From Owenia fusiformis (taxonomy: Eukaryota): DNA of 64,000 nucleotides. Below, piece by piece: positions 39,001-52,119 of this stretch. The notes beneath the pieces are model-generated. The model was given only the letters and a program-made list of their open reading frames with translations. It did not search any database and was not told where the DNA came from. How positions within the stretch are numbered: position 1 is the first letter of the stretch; each line of letters starts with the position of its first letter. The translations under genes and the position numbers were made by a program. The stretch lies in the NCBI GenBank assembly GCA_903813345.2, contig CAIIXF020000001.1, forward strand, positions 17,112,001-17,176,000. The letters are read 5' to 3'.

Positions 39001-40996
39001 ATCCTCCTCTCCAAAATGGTCAAAACAAGCCTTCATTCCAACAGAAACGGTTGATATTTAAATCAAAAGGCAATTGTGCAAAATGAAAAAGTAATGATGA
39101 GTACAAATGAACAAATTAGGAGTCAGAATATTTTTGAGAACTAGTGGTATGGAATGAGGCAATATTGTGAGACATAAATGTACATGTATTGTTGACTAGT
39201 ATTTAATATTTTATGAGCCGAACAATTTTTGCATCTCTTGTATTAATGAGTCATGAGCATGTAAATCATATAAAATAGAAAAAATCCAAAAATTATGAAT
39301 AAAATGGCAATTTGGTATTTCATATCATGTATTGACCTATCTAGAATGAAGGTGAATCTAAAAACAAAAACGACAGTTACCATGACAATGAAACATAGTG
39401 ACCATGGCAACCAAGTAAATCCTAGCTTCCAAAGTCTAATACAATATACACATTTTATTATTATTTTAGATCTGAAAATATTATACTTGTATCTGCCTGT
39501 ATTTAAAAGTTATAGCATGCATCAATTGTGGAGATCTGAATTTCAACAAAACCCTGGTTACCATGGTAACCAGTCTAATACAAGCTCCCAAAGTCTGAAT
39601 CAATCCTTAAAATCAATCATTGTCTAAGACTTGAAAAAATGAGACACCTATATCCCTAATTTTAAAAATTGTAACATTCATCCAATTTTGGGGTCCGAAT
39701 TATCATAAAACCCTGGTTACCATAGCAACCAATCACATAACAGCTCCCAAAGTATGATACAATACTTAAAACCAGTCATTTATGAAGATCTGAAAAAATG
39801 AGACCTGTATTTCCCTTATTTCAAAAGTTATAGCATCCATCCAATGTGGGGGTTCGAATCTGTGAAATAGGCCCCTGTATAAATCATGGACCCATATAAG
39901 GCCAAAATCTGAGATCCTGTGGACTAATCTTTATATAAGATTGTTGGTAATATATTATAGAAGTTTTCTATTCATATTTTAACCCTTCCTAACACAATGA
40001 TGATAAAATATGCATGATATGACTCTATAATTTTTGAAAAAATGGCCTGAAAATCAACACCTGAAGGGTATGTTTTATCCGTTTTCATGGCAACCACTTC
40101 ACCATGTGACTTGAAATTTTTATCATATATTCAGTTAGCCTATACAAATATATCTTAGTAATTTGGATACATTCTCCTGAGTATTTTTGGAGTTCTAGCC
40201 CAATTTTATAGTAGGGGTCCAAATTATAGCCCATGGGGGATAAAATGGCCACAAAATCTAAAAGCTGAAAAACTAAGGTCTAATAATCCATTAAAATATG
40301 TAAAATCATACTAGCAACATGAAAAATTATGTCCCATAAAATCCCTCTGAACGCACGCCCAAACCCTCATTCTGACTGCACTAATTGTGTTTGTTATTGA
40401 AATTCAATCTCCACTCTCATCAGGAGCAAATGTATTTTATTTTGAACTTGCAATTTCCAAACTTGCAAAGAACATTTGTGGAAATCATTAATAACATCTG
40501 CATAATATGTTATTTCCTAGATTTGACATGGATGGTTAATAAAAATTGTGAGGCATGAGATCGAGATGAATCAAGTTGTATTTTAATTTGATACTTGCCA
40601 GTAACTCCACAGTTATTTCCTGTGCTAAGATACATTAGCAGCATATACATATACATATACAGATGTAGAATATGCAGGGTGTCTATAAAGGCTCTTTACA
40701 ATTGCAATCCAAACTATAGACGCTATGTACACCCTGTATATCTATGTGGTTAGGAGAGATGAGTAAAAATGTTTTGTCTGATGGAATTTTAGATGGCGTG
40801 TATATAGATTTTGTTATTATGCCAGTAGGTGCAATTATTCTTGGGTGGCTTTTTGGCCAATGAAATGTTTGCCTGGTGACTTTGGAGTTTTTGGCTCTGT
40901 TTTTTTTGTGATGAATAATTGTTATTGTTATTTGTTGCAATAATGAAAATGTTCAGTGTGACATATTCTACTCTTTGTGCTCTTGTGGATTGTATT

Positions 40997-41232
40997 CTTA
41001 ATGGTGCCCTGATTTCCACATCCCAAAACAAAGGATAACTTAATGGTGCCCTGATTTACACATCCCTGAACAAAGGATAACTTAATAGTGCCCTGATTTA
41101 CACATCCCTGAACAAAGGATAACTTAATAGTGCCCTGATTTACACATCCCTGAACAAAGGATAACTTAATAGTGCCCTGATTTACACATCCCTGAAGGAT
41201 ATCTTAAAAGTGCCCTTTTTACACATCCCTGA
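40997..41232. repeat. 42-bp minisatellite, ~5.7 copies
   Basis: CTTAATRGTGCCCTGATTTACACATCCCTGAACAAAGGATAA at 40997, 41039, 41081, 41123 and 41165, plus a partial copy. Confidence 0.95.
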
Positions 41233-43117
41233 TCTTAACAACATAACTCATTCTTCATTAGTCCCGGATGAAGAAAGGAAATAAATAAATGATGCATGTA
41301 TCTCTGTGGTTTGATTCAGAAGACACGATTTACTACATGAATGACTTCATAAGAATGATACCACTGCAGTTGTCAGACACCTAGACATAACAAATGATTC
41401 ACAGTCTTTATATCTTTCTTTAGAACAGGTCCAGCAACATCTTCACCTGGCAGCATCACCTGTTGGCCCTTGGGTGATTAACATCTCTCATTTGTTTGGT
41501 TTTTGTCTCTGAAAGAGGGCTATATCTGTATTATGCTAGCTGATGAGAATGTCATTGAGCAAGTGAAGATCAAAAAGCTAATTTCGGCTCTTTGTTTTCA
41601 GCATTATGCAAAACTGCCCCCACTCAGTCATTGATCCTGCAATATAGGATGGTCATATTCAAAATGTTTTCAAATTGAATTTAGTTTATTTCTGGCATTT
41701 GTAGCTTGATGTATTCACATCTACTAAAAGGTGGCCTGGTCATTAAGAGCTTCTGTACTTGTAATCTACATTGTAAATATCCCCGATTAAACTATAAATT
41801 AAGTACATGTACCACCCAAGTGGTCTAATCAATCACATTAAAACCAGTGTGGTCATTTTGAAGTAGCCTTCATTTTGTAGAAAAGTTTTTGTTGGGTCAA
41901 AAAATCATTTAAATAAGTGCCATGAATCATTTCAATTTTAATCAGTAAGTGTCACAGAATTATATTAAGTCATATAATCAATGTTGAGATTTCAACGTCA
42001 AAATATGTATCTCACTTGTGAGTTTTGCTAACATTATGTTGTATTTGGGCATGACTTTATGATTATGTGAATGGTAACACTTGGCTAACATAGTTTCACT
42101 ATCAATAAAGGTCAAGTTTATCATTGACCTTTAACATTAAAAAGAATGTAACCAATATATATTTAATTAAGGTACAATTTGATATCAAAGGACATTCAGA
42201 GATAAATAAATGACTCATTGAACATATGTAAATATATGTACATGTACATTAAATGCCAATCACATATTTAATGTACTTGTTCAATTCGAGATAAAATTTG
42301 TGAGATAAAATTGGTCATATTGGTAGTAACAAAATGAACAAAGTTTGGTGTATACCATGGATAAATGTAAAAATTATAGGACATATTCTCATATTTGACA
42401 AGCTATAACATCAAAAGCCAGGACTTAATGGTGTCAAGGTGGGTGATGTATTGGTAAGCAAATAAGGTGTATTTATAGGATAGGTCAAGGTCTCGTTTAG
42501 ATCAATGTTGATTCAAACAAGAGTATGCCAGAAATTCTAGAGAGAGTAATGCTGTATCATAGCATTAAATTTAGGTCACTTATATACATGTATATAAGTA
42601 GGCACAATATTTCACTTTTTGCGATTTCCACCCAGTAAGTCTCTTTTTAACTCTCTCTTTTCCCTCTAATAACATACACACCTCCTACACTCTGATATTC
42701 AACATGTATACATCTACTCATATATCTTGACAGAGTAAAGTATCCCCAAGCATCCAGGTGTCACTTGATGCTTATGCACAAAACTCACAATTTACCATCA
42801 TTTTTTTCGTGAAATATCTGTGTGTTACCTGACTTACCAACATTGACATTAGATTATATATGATTATGCGTTACAAACACACTTTGTGAAAAAACAAGTT
42901 GGAGTTAAATTGTATGTTTATATTGGAAGTTTTTCACGAACAAAAAGTTGTAGGCTATCTGAGGTAAACTATCAAGATTGGATGGAAGGATGGAAAGTTC
43001 AAAATATCTCAGCTTTCCAAGGGAGGGATCTATAATGAGATGGGTAAGTTAGCATATTGGTCCAATGACTTCAGAAGAAAGTTCATGAATATGTATGTAC
43101 TCTTTGATGAGTCTAAT

Positions 43118-43313
43118 TTGTGTTCTCCCTAGGATTTTTGATCAAGTGGTTGCAAAATTCTCATTATCACAATTCAGACCAAAATTTGGTCGGAATCATT
43201 TTCGGAATCATTTTCAAGAGGGTGCAAATAGATTTTTAGGTGGTCGCAAGGTTGTTTTTAAAAATCTCAGGTTGGTGCTACGCCCACTTACTTTAATGCT
43301 TGGGAGATTATTG
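43118..43313. mobile_element. Second, more degenerate copy of the 21486-21651 MITE
   Basis: Shared GGTGCAAATA..TTTT.AGGTGG and AAAATCTCAG.T.GGTGCTA.GCCCACTT.CTTTAATG. Confidence 0.7.
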
Positions 43314-45118
43314 CACATGTATGTTGGTTATATATATGCTCTGCTTGGGTCTGGTTTCCTGTGGTTTTATCATGATGCCCTTGTCTATTTATCATCTTCA
43401 GCAAATGTTGAGCAACTACTTAGATTTAAAGATTTTGTACTGTTGAATGAACTATGTCAGAGGTTAATCATTTCATTCTCATTCTACATTTTCTCATCAA
43501 GTGTATTTATTTTGAGATCTGACATTTCCAAAAGCAATGATGTAAAACTCCAAAGTGTGTGTCTGATTACCAGGTATAGTAGAAGTGTGCATTCTTTCTA
43601 ACTTTCTTACTTCAACCTTTTGTTATCCCCTACATACAGCTACCTACACCCATAACCTAACCCCTAACAGTGGGAGGGGGAGGGTCCTGAGATTTTAATG
43701 CAAGATGACTTCAAATCCCTCTTTAGTAGAAATAAAGAAGCCGTTTTCACATCCATGTACATAATATAATATTGTGATGTGGGTCTAGGGATGCATTTAC
43801 TGATTAACTGGTTTCATATTTCAGGTTATCATGTCTCTGTAAGCAAAACATGGGAAATAGATCAAACCATTGAAACAGATTCACTGGAATTCTGTCAAAA
43901 GTGAAAGGTTAACATATAAATGATCTCTTCCAAGGACATCTTAAGATATACAACTTTACATCAATTTTGTTCCTTACAATGAAAGACTCACAACAGTTAA
44001 ATGTTGTTCAATTTTTTCAAGATTTTTTTTCTAAAGGTAAACAGTCTGGTTAAGTATGTGGGATATTACTAATGAAACCCCCAGGGTGGTCTGAGACTCC
44101 AGTGCCGATTGTTGACTCCTCTAGTATCCTCTAGGGCACTCTCTTGCTTTTGGGTTCATATGTACAATGAAGTCATTATGCTTTGACAGACACATTGATA
44201 CTGTGCTTATCAGACTTTGTTTTTACACTTGAGTTGTCATCATGATTGTGGGTGTTGTTTAGTATTCTCAACTCAATGCCAGATGGAGTCAAGTCATCAT
44301 GAACCCCTAGAAAATACACTTTCAACTCACTACATAAGTCGATCATTTTGTCCTTGTTAATGTGACTAAAAAATATCTTGTTATATAATATATCAAGATT
44401 GATGAGAACTACAATAGAACTTGCATATCTGAACATCTCTCCAATATGAACACCTCTCCAATATGAACATCTCTCAGTGTGAACACTTTCATGGTCCGCA
44501 TTTTGTTATCTCATTGAAACATGCTGTCATTGTGGGGGTGAAACTTTGGTCATTGTAGGGGAGAGTTCCGCAATCCATAACATAAAAACTGTACTACAGA
44601 GGAGAATCAACCAGTATAAAGCCAAGGTAGGTTTTCCATCTCTGATCTCTGTTTCTGTAGTGATTAGCTCCCTAGCTTTTACTGTAATCATTTATCTGTG
44701 AAATACACCTGGTCGCACTCTTACCAAGAGCCCAAATTTGTCTATACTTGAAATTGTTAGATGTAACAGATATAAAGGCCATTTGGCATTGCTATTATTA
44801 AGTCAAATCTGTAAAATCTTCAGTAATAGTAAGAGGTTGGTGTGATTAACCAATAGTGATTTAGGGTAAGTTGCCTATTTGTGACTAACTCAATATTTTG
44901 GTTTATATTTGGAAGGTTTACAGAGATTTCATTTGTGGTTTATTACTTATACAAATATTATTACTTGATTTCTTGCTCTAATAAGCATAAGCTGATGTTA
45001 TGTTTCTCAGAATGAATTTCCTTGTTGGGATAATGCCTATCAAGATAATAAGGTAATATGGGTTTCCATATCCAAGTATAATAGACCAAAAACACTGAGA
45101 CATTAACACACACATGTA

Positions 45119-48100
45119 TTTTTTTTTTTTTTTTTAAATATTTATTCAAGTTTTAGATTTACATTATAATATAAGGTTACATGATAATACATATTATAAG
45201 AAAGTATATAAGGGGGGTTTACAGGGGAGGGGAGAGACTATAATTACTTGATCTAAGTATAGTGGGTCAAATGTGAGAGTTTGGTTTTTCTATTTAGGTC
45301 TTCTTTTTACCCCCTTTCTGACTCTGTATGTATGTTTTGTAGTATTTGGTTTCCAGCTCAGAAAGGGGGGTTATACATAATTTTCTATCATTGAATTTAT
45401 AAGATTCCATTTTCTGTCATGCAATTCTTCTTGTCCATGTGTTTTTGCAATATATTTGTCAGCCTTCTTTTCTCTTATTAAGTATCTTTGAAAAGCATTT
45501 ATGGTAGGTGTTTTTTCTTCCAATTTATTAATATACATGAATCTCTTTATGAGTAAGGTTGCTAGGTTTTGGCTGAGAGACAATCTTGGAGATCCTAACA
45601 TAAAAGCTTGGTCATCAGGTATCTCTTCATTCAGGATTCTGTAGCATTGTTGTTTGAAATCTTCCATCACTTGGCATTTCAGGAAACCATGTTCTATATC
45701 GTCTATTTGGTTGCTATTGCACAGTACGCATGTTTGGGTTTTTACTTTTTTCATTTTGAAAAGTATTTTTCTGAAGTATATTGCCCTATTTAGTATCCTA
45801 TATTGAAAATATTTCATTTTCGTATCTTTTGTCAGTTTGTTTATTAGATTATATATTTTTTTCCATTCTATGTCTTTTTGAAAGTAGTCTCTCCATTTGG
45901 TTTGACCTGTAGGGGTCTTTTGCTTGAACTTTTTGCTGAGCTTTTGGTACGTTTTTTTATTGTCCCATGCTTTTAATCTCTCAATATTATCTTCGTCATC
46001 TTGTAAGTTGGTGTTTGCCATTAGGGTTTTCCACCTTGGTGGTATGCATCTTATAACAGTGTGGTAGTTGAGAAAGGTCTGGTTTTGTAAATTATATTGA
46101 TTTCTTAGTTGATCATAACTTTTTAAGTGACCATTTTGGTATAAGTGTTTAATTCTTGTTATACCTTTCCTTTCCCATTCTTTATTTTGAAGCGGGTTTT
46201 TGTTTTGCTTTATACATTCATTGTTCCATATGATTTCATTGGAGGGGTTGTCAATATCCTGTTCTTTTATATATTTTACCTCATGCCATATTTTAAGAAC
46301 TTCATCCAAGCTTTTCAAATTAGTTGTAATTACATCAGACTTGTCAGGGTTTTCAATGTTATACTCTAAAATGTTATTGTCTCTGTTTTTGCCTAGTTTG
46401 CTCATCCAGATTCTTTTCCACTTACTGTTGCAATCTTCATCTTTTAGTTTACGCAGCCATTTTAGCTTTAGGTTTTTTGCATACGATTCAAGGTGTGTCA
46501 TATCTAGTCCTCCTTCTTCTGTTGTTCTCCTAAGCGTTGCTCTTGCAATTTTGTCATTTTTATTTGACCATATAAAGTTGTAGAGGAGATCTTCTAGGTC
46601 TTTTAATGTGTTGTCTTGTGGTATTGGAACTGTTGTCAAAACGTATGAAAGTTGGGACTGAATTAAGGACTTTATTACACATATTTTACCAACTGGCGTT
46701 AGAGATCTTTCTTTCCATGTTTTAATTAAATTCTTAATCTTCTGTATAGGTTTTTCTAAGTTGGCTTTCCCGATAGGTCTCCCATCCAATGGAATTGTAA
46801 TTCCCAGGACCTTGATTTCAGTTTTTTCTAGTTTTGTGCCTACCTCATTGCATATGTTTTCTGCCTCTGCTGTTATAGCTCTGGTACTTTCTCCTAGTAT
46901 ACCTATCTTTGTTTTTTCTTTATTTATCTTTAGTCCTGAAACTTTACCAAATTTTTCAAGCATGTCTACGGAGGGTTTAATTGATGCTTTGTCATTTAGG
47001 TACAACACTGTGTCATCGGCATACTGTGACACCTTACAGTTCACATTGTCTATATCAATGCCTTTTATGTCTTTTGTTTCTCTAAGTGCAGTACTTAGTA
47101 TTTCGGCACACATAATAAAAAGATAGGGGCTTAATGGGCAGCCTTGACGTACTCCTCGTTCAATGTTTATGTAATTTGATGTATATCCGTTGTTGATGAT
47201 AGTGCTTGTGTTGTCTTTATATATTGTTCTTATCCAGTTTGTTATTCGTTCTCCAAAGTTAAAGTATTTCATAGTTTTATAGATAAAGTTATGTTCTAGT
47301 GTGTCAAAGGCTTTTTGAAAATCTATCATCATTACTATACCATTCCTGCCTTCTTGTTGAAGTCTTTCATTTGTATCTATGAGAAGCCTTATGTTTTCCC
47401 CTATGTATCTGCCTTTAAGAAAACCAGTCTGGTCTGTGTTTATGACTTTTTCTAGGTTGCTTTTAATTCGGTTAGCAATTGTTTTAGTAAGAATCTTGTA
47501 ATCTGTGTTTAAAAGTGTAATTGGTCTCCAGTTTTTCAGTTTTGTGGCATCTTGGCCCTTTTTTGGTATGATTGTAATTATTCCGCGTCTTTGTTCTGTA
47601 GTTAATAGACCGTTTTCAAGAGAGAAGTTATAGCTTAGTATTAGTGTGTCTTTGATCTCTTTCCAGAAGTGTTTATAGAACTCTACTGGAATACCATCTG
47701 TTCCAGGTGACTTTTTATTCTTCATATCTCTAAGCGCTAGTACTAACTCTTCCTCTGTTAGATCTTGGTCACATTTTTCCTTGTCATATTCATTAATTGT
47801 TGTAATATTTCTTACTTGTGGAAAAAAAATGTCGTCATACTCATTTAGATTGTTTTTGGTTGCTTCGTAGAGCTTGCTGTAGAAAGCTGCTTGTTCCTTT
47901 GCTATTTCAGCTTGTGTTTCCACGCTTTCACCATTGTCTTTAATAACCTTTGACATTGTTCTGTTGTTGAAGTTTCGCTTTTCAAGTTTCAGAAAATAAG
48001 ATGTTGGTTTTTCTCCTTCTGCTATCCATTTTGTTCTGCTTCTGAAAATTGTTGCTTCTGCATTTTGTGTATTTATTTGGTCAATGTCCTCAATTATATC

Positions 48101-48567
48101 CTGTAATTCGCGGTTTAGAAGTTCTTTCTGTCTTATTTCATTTGCATCTTTAATTTTATTTTCAATTTCTTTTGCCTTACTTTCCTTTAGTAGTAGGTCT
48201 GTATTTGTTTTCTTTTTCTGAGCCTTTGAGTACTCAATCGACACTTTTCTAATGTTGTATTTTGTTAGTTCCCATATTCCATTCGGGTTCAAGTTGTTCC
48301 TTTGTTTAGTGTTACAGATTGTTGCTTTAATTAGATTATCATATTCAGGTTCTCCTATATATCTGGCATTCATTTTCCATATTCCTGGACCTCTTGGCTG
48401 ATCTAGAAGTTTAATACATATAGAAATTAATTTGTGATCTGCTATTTTGTATTGGTTCCCTGGGGTTCTTTCTATTGCTGTCTGTTCCGTGTTCTGTGCT
48501 AGTTCATGGCTTACTAGAAAATAGTCTAATCGGCATTTTATTGTGCTATTATGATTTTCCCAAGTAT
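45119..48567 (-). mobile_element. 5'-truncated L1/Tx1-type non-LTR retrotransposon with poly(A) tail
   Basis: T17 at 45119-45135, AATAAA (minus strand) at 45141-45146, near-perfect TSD ACACATGTA (45110-45118) / ACATATGTA (48568-48576). Confidence 0.9.
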
Positions 48568-48571
48568 ACAT
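45371..48571 (-). CDS. LINE ORF2 (end of APE endonuclease, reverse transcriptase, C-terminal CCHC zinc knuckle), uninterrupted
   Basis: YTW...RLDYFLVS...ADH (endonuclease C-terminus), KSPGTDG, NWRPITLLNTDYKI, DFQKAFD, RGVRQGCPLSPYLF, QYADD, CVLC...HGFLKC. Confidence 0.92.
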   Translation of the reverse strand: MYTWENHNSTIKCRLDYFLVSHELAQNTEQTAIERTPGNQYKIADHKLISICIKLLDQPRGPGIWKMNARYIGEPEYDNLIKATICNTKQRNNLNPNGIWELTKYNIRKVSIEYSKAQKKKTNTDLLLKESKAKEIENKIKDANEIRQKELLNRELQDIIEDIDQINTQNAEATIFRSRTKWIAEGEKPTSYFLKLEKRNFNNRTMSKVIKDNGESVETQAEIAKEQAAFYSKLYEATKNNLNEYDDIFFPQVRNITTINEYDKEKCDQDLTEEELVLALRDMKNKKSPGTDGIPVEFYKHFWKEIKDTLILSYNFSLENGLLTTEQRRGIITIIPKKGQDATKLKNWRPITLLNTDYKILTKTIANRIKSNLEKVINTDQTGFLKGRYIGENIRLLIDTNERLQQEGRNGIVMMIDFQKAFDTLEHNFIYKTMKYFNFGERITNWIRTIYKDNTSTIINNGYTSNYINIERGVRQGCPLSPYLFIMCAEILSTALRETKDIKGIDIDNVNCKVSQYADDTVLYLNDKASIKPSVDMLEKFGKVSGLKINKEKTKIGILGESTRAITAEAENICNEVGTKLEKTEIKVLGITIPLDGRPIGKANLEKPIQKIKNLIKTWKERSLTPVGKICVIKSLIQSQLSYVLTTVPIPQDNTLKDLEDLLYNFIWSNKNDKIARATLRRTTEEGGLDMTHLESYAKNLKLKWLRKLKDEDCNSKWKRIWMSKLGKNRDNNILEYNIENPDKSDVITTNLKSLDEVLKIWHEVKYIKEQDIDNPSNEIIWNNECIKQNKNPLQNKEWERKGITRIKHLYQNGHLKSYDQLRNQYNLQNQTFLNYHTVIRCIPPRWKTLMANTNLQDDEDNIERLKAWDNKKTYQKLSKKFKQKTPTGQTKWRDYFQKDIEWKKIYNLINKLTKDTKMKYFQYRILNRAIYFRKILFKMKKVKTQTCVLCNSNQIDDIEHGFLKCQVMEDFKQQCYRILNEEIPDDQAFMLGSPRLSLSQNLATLLIKRFMYINKLEEKTPTINAFQRYLIREKKADKYIAKTHGQEELHDRKWNLINSMIENYV

Positions 48572-49204
48572 ATGTAGATGAGTAGTTGATGTTGAAGACT
48601 CCGATACCAAGGTTTCATAACTTCTTAAAATATCCTCATAATTCTAAGACCCCGAAAACATGAAGTGTTTAGGTATAAACATGGTAGATCTGAGTCACAA
48701 AACAGATAAAGATATACATTTATCTGCACACTTTGGAAAACTCTCAAATGAATATATGATTAAGTGTAGTAACATCTTGACTTCTCTTCAACTCTTCAAT
48801 TCTAAATAATTATGAATTTATATCTTGGCTAAATTAATTTTAGCTTTTATATCATTATGCTTATGGGGATATGATAACACATATTTCTTCCCCAAAGTAT
48901 CTTAACTTCAAAGGAAGAGGACAGAATAGCTTGAAGACAGGTTAAGTGGTCATTAGGATGAAAAAGATCAGAGAGATTCCATGTTAGAGCTTAGATGTTT
49001 AGTACAGTGTAAAAGTAAATAGATGTTTTCAGGAAGAGTCAGATTCAATGTAAACTCAATGTTGACAGTTCCGCGACTTGGATTAACATTGTATTAACAG
49101 ATAATCCCTGGATTAGCAAACAATGCAGTGATGTGTTAGGAGCTAGAAGGCAGACACCTTGAATGAGTGGTTTAGTGTGTAGTTTGAGAGTAGGTAAACT
49201 ATAA

Positions 49205-49580
49205 GGGGCTGGGTCAATATTTCAATGCCCTTTAAGAAAAGTAATTAATTACAATAGGTGGGAGGGGGTAAAACGCTATTTAATTAGGTGATGGACATTG
49301 CTTTTAAGTTTTTCGGGTTTCGTTTTCTGCAATTTCTGGTTTGACAGTCATGGTATGATCATTACTTATACTTCACAGATATGTTTTATGGGAATTTGAA
49401 ATGTGTTGTTTCTAGCAACAGCAGATATTGTATGCTTGGGTTGTACTTGTACATTGCACGCATATTAACATTTTGACTTGTTTACACTGCATGCAAATCA
49501 ACATTTTGACTCTTGATAGAAGGGGAGGGGGGGGGGGGTTAAGGCCTCACTAAATTAATTACATTTTTTGACCTGGCCCC
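49205..49580. mobile_element. PIF/Harbinger-like MITE
   Basis: TAA|GGGGCTGGGTCAA ... TTGACCTGGCCCC|TAA. Confidence 0.7.
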
Positions 49581-51040
49581 TAAATGTTTTAGTCCTCTGG
49601 CCTTAAAGTAGAAAACCATGTCAGTTGGTTTAGATTTGTTAAACGCAAAGCTATCATTACGTCAGTGCTTCAGAAATGCTTTCTATTCACCCTTTAACAT
49701 TTGGTTGTTTCTGTACACTGATCATTCAGATGAACATTCATAAAGATAACTCAAAATTGATGGATGAGGGACCTTTGCTTTTGAACATTGGTTTTTCTCT
49801 GACTTCAGGTTCAACAGATTGAATGTTTGATAGGTTCGCAACACAACCACTTCTTTAAAGAAAGCTTCAGTTCATCTATATTTTTGACACTATTGGTAAA
49901 TACCCAAGCAGGCACAATTAAGTCAACAGTGTGAATATTCAAAGTGTTCACTCAATTGGTATCCTGAATCTCAACCAAACACTATATACCTATAGCATAT
50001 ACAGATGATGAACTTTTGTGAAGAGAACTTGGTGAAATATCTAGAAATGAGACTAAACAACTTCTTCACATTTGAAGGTATTAAGATTAGAGGGGTGTTC
50101 ACATACACACCATAGGGAATAAGTCCCGAACCCCTTCCTCTTACCTATATACTAGTTAGTAGTTAGTATATAGGTACTTGTAAATATGTAGGTAAAAGGA
50201 GGGGGCAGGGATTTACTCTCTTTGACATGTGTTTTACTTTATCAAACTGTTGTACCTTGTGTGTTACTTACCATGGTACTTATCTGTTTCCCAGCCTTTG
50301 TTGTTAGTATTGCATAATGCCTTCTGTTTACATGTATATTCATAAATAACAACGAGCTAAATCAAGAACTCTAGGTCAAAATGTTAATTATTCGAATGCT
50401 GAGAGCTAAGCGGTTATTTCCCTGTTGTTTCCAGGGTAGAGTATGCTAAGTATGTAAGTTAACGCAACATATACGTTGTATGTTAACCATTGAATCATGT
50501 TATTCCAATGGTAGAATAGGATTATTCTTCGAAGAGAAAGGTATTGTTCCAGAGAAAGTCTATGTGAAGGAGATTGTGTTATTACAAGGAATGAAATGTT
50601 GATTCTTGCATAGTAAACCACAATGTAAATAGACTCATTTTCCTAACTTGTGGGAATTTTATGTTTTCATTGTGCAAGAACATTGGATATGAAGGAGATA
50701 ACATGGAAGTCTTTTTTTAATGCAAGACAGTCCGGAAAATCAAGGAATTAGCGGATATATATTATACAGGTAGGAAATAAAAGTTTTATAGGAATGCTAG
50801 GAAACAGACACACATTTCAATAAGACATTTTCATGTTTGGGAGAAATGGAACAGTGGCCATAGCTAATTAGGTTATGACTAAAAGGTTTGTAGATTATGG
50901 TCCAAGTTGACTCCCAAGTGTTTCATATGTATTTTAAACAAAATGTATATTTCTACACATTTTTTGATACTGATCTTTATAGTGTAAATCATTACTTGTG
51001 ATTGTATTTCCTCATAGTTGGGGTAAAATTCTGACATGTA

Positions 51041-52025
51041 CGAGGCCCGATCAGAAAGTAAGTAACCAACTGCTCTCATTTTTTCATACTTCATTCATTC
51101 ACATTGAAATTTTCACAGATGATGTAGAAAATATTAACTTATTAAAGAAGACCAAGGACAATGGGTTAGCGTCAATGCCATTGTTATGGCTGTTGCTATG
51201 GTGATGATTGTTTTGGGTAGGCGGGACACCCTTTTGTAAGCGGCTTTAGAAGATGGTTTGTAGAGTTTTTTACATGCTGTATCCCTCCAAATGACCTAAC
51301 ATTTTTTATGCAAGACTGAATAATTTGTTTTATGTATTATCACAATGGCAACAATGCTCCATTGTCTCATTTATAAGTCATCGACAGAAAGATATCAGTC
51401 AAATGTTGTTGAAGGGGGATTTTACTGGCATGATGACAATGGTTCCCCTCCACAAAGCCAACATTACCGGAGATACAGTAGATTAAGCCTTTTCCATGGC
51501 CACACATCTCCCCCAGGCTCATACTATTCCCCAGACCTGGCCCCACGTGACTAAATTCTTTCCAAATGCAAAGATGTTGTTACGAAGAGTCCGTTTGGAC
51601 AGCAATAAGGCCATCATTAAAGCTTTCAATGGCAGTTTGCAGTCATTGAATGGTGCAATGTTGCACTTCTTTAAGGACAGAGTGAAACATTGCCCCAACT
51701 ACATTGAAATTGGCGGCGATTAATTTGAAGGACTATGTGTTAAAATGTAGTCTTACGTTTGAATTTGATATATTTGGAGGTATTGCAACATGTAGAAAAA
51801 CTCTACAAATTATCTTCAAACGCCACTTAAAACAGGGTGCCCCGCCTACCCAAAACAATTGTCACCATAGCAACAGCAATAACAATGGAATTGACGCTAA
51901 CCCATTGTCCTCGGTCTCCTTTAATAGGGTAATATTTTCTACATCATCTGTGAAAATTTCAATGTGATTGAATAAAGTATGAAGAAATAAGAGCAGTTGG
52001 TTACTAACTTTCTGATCGGGCCTCG
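51041..52025 (+). mobile_element. mariner deletion derivative with ~250-bp TIRs
   Basis: TA|CGAGGCCCGATCAGAAAGT ... ACTTTCTGATCGGGCCTCG|TA; internal relic WHDDNGSP...YSPDLAPRD...IEIGGD*FE. Confidence 0.9.
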
Positions 52026-52119
52026 TATGTAGAAAGTTTGTTATTTTGATTGTTTATAATTAGGCCACAGCTGTGAGAAAGAATGTTTCTCAACTGAACT
52101 CTTCATTTGTATGTCACTA

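Larger units (their letters stand above)
36674..40383. mobile_element. Academ-like foldback element with ~1.2-kb TIRs and 3-bp TSD (ATT)
   Basis: ATT|TAGTGCAGTCAGAATGAGGG ... CCCTCATTCTGACTGCACTA|ATT. Arms 36674-~37890 and ~39010-40383 are inverted and contain 159-bp sub-repeats. Confidence 0.85.

Noticed and set aside
40997..41232. Regularly spaced repeat resembling a CRISPR array
   Set aside because: Head-to-tail 42-bp units with no unique spacers, no cas genes and a eukaryotic context. The same applies to 1775-1879 and 30471-30677.
43095..43601. 168-aa ORF
   Set aside because: Runs through a MITE copy, is F/L-rich and has no domain or convincing splice context.
45608..47126. Plus-strand ORFs inside the LINE
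   Set aside because: Antisense shadows of the A-rich ORF2.
48572..48610. N-terminal MVSESSTSTTHLH of the 1079-aa ORF call
   Set aside because: Lies in or beyond the TSD in host DNA and starts at a non-ATG codon, so it is not part of the element.
98..49538. Multiple G/C homopolymer runs of 11-14 nt
   Set aside because: Several lie in or next to MITEs, and homopolymer lengths are assembly-sensitive; no independent function is supported.
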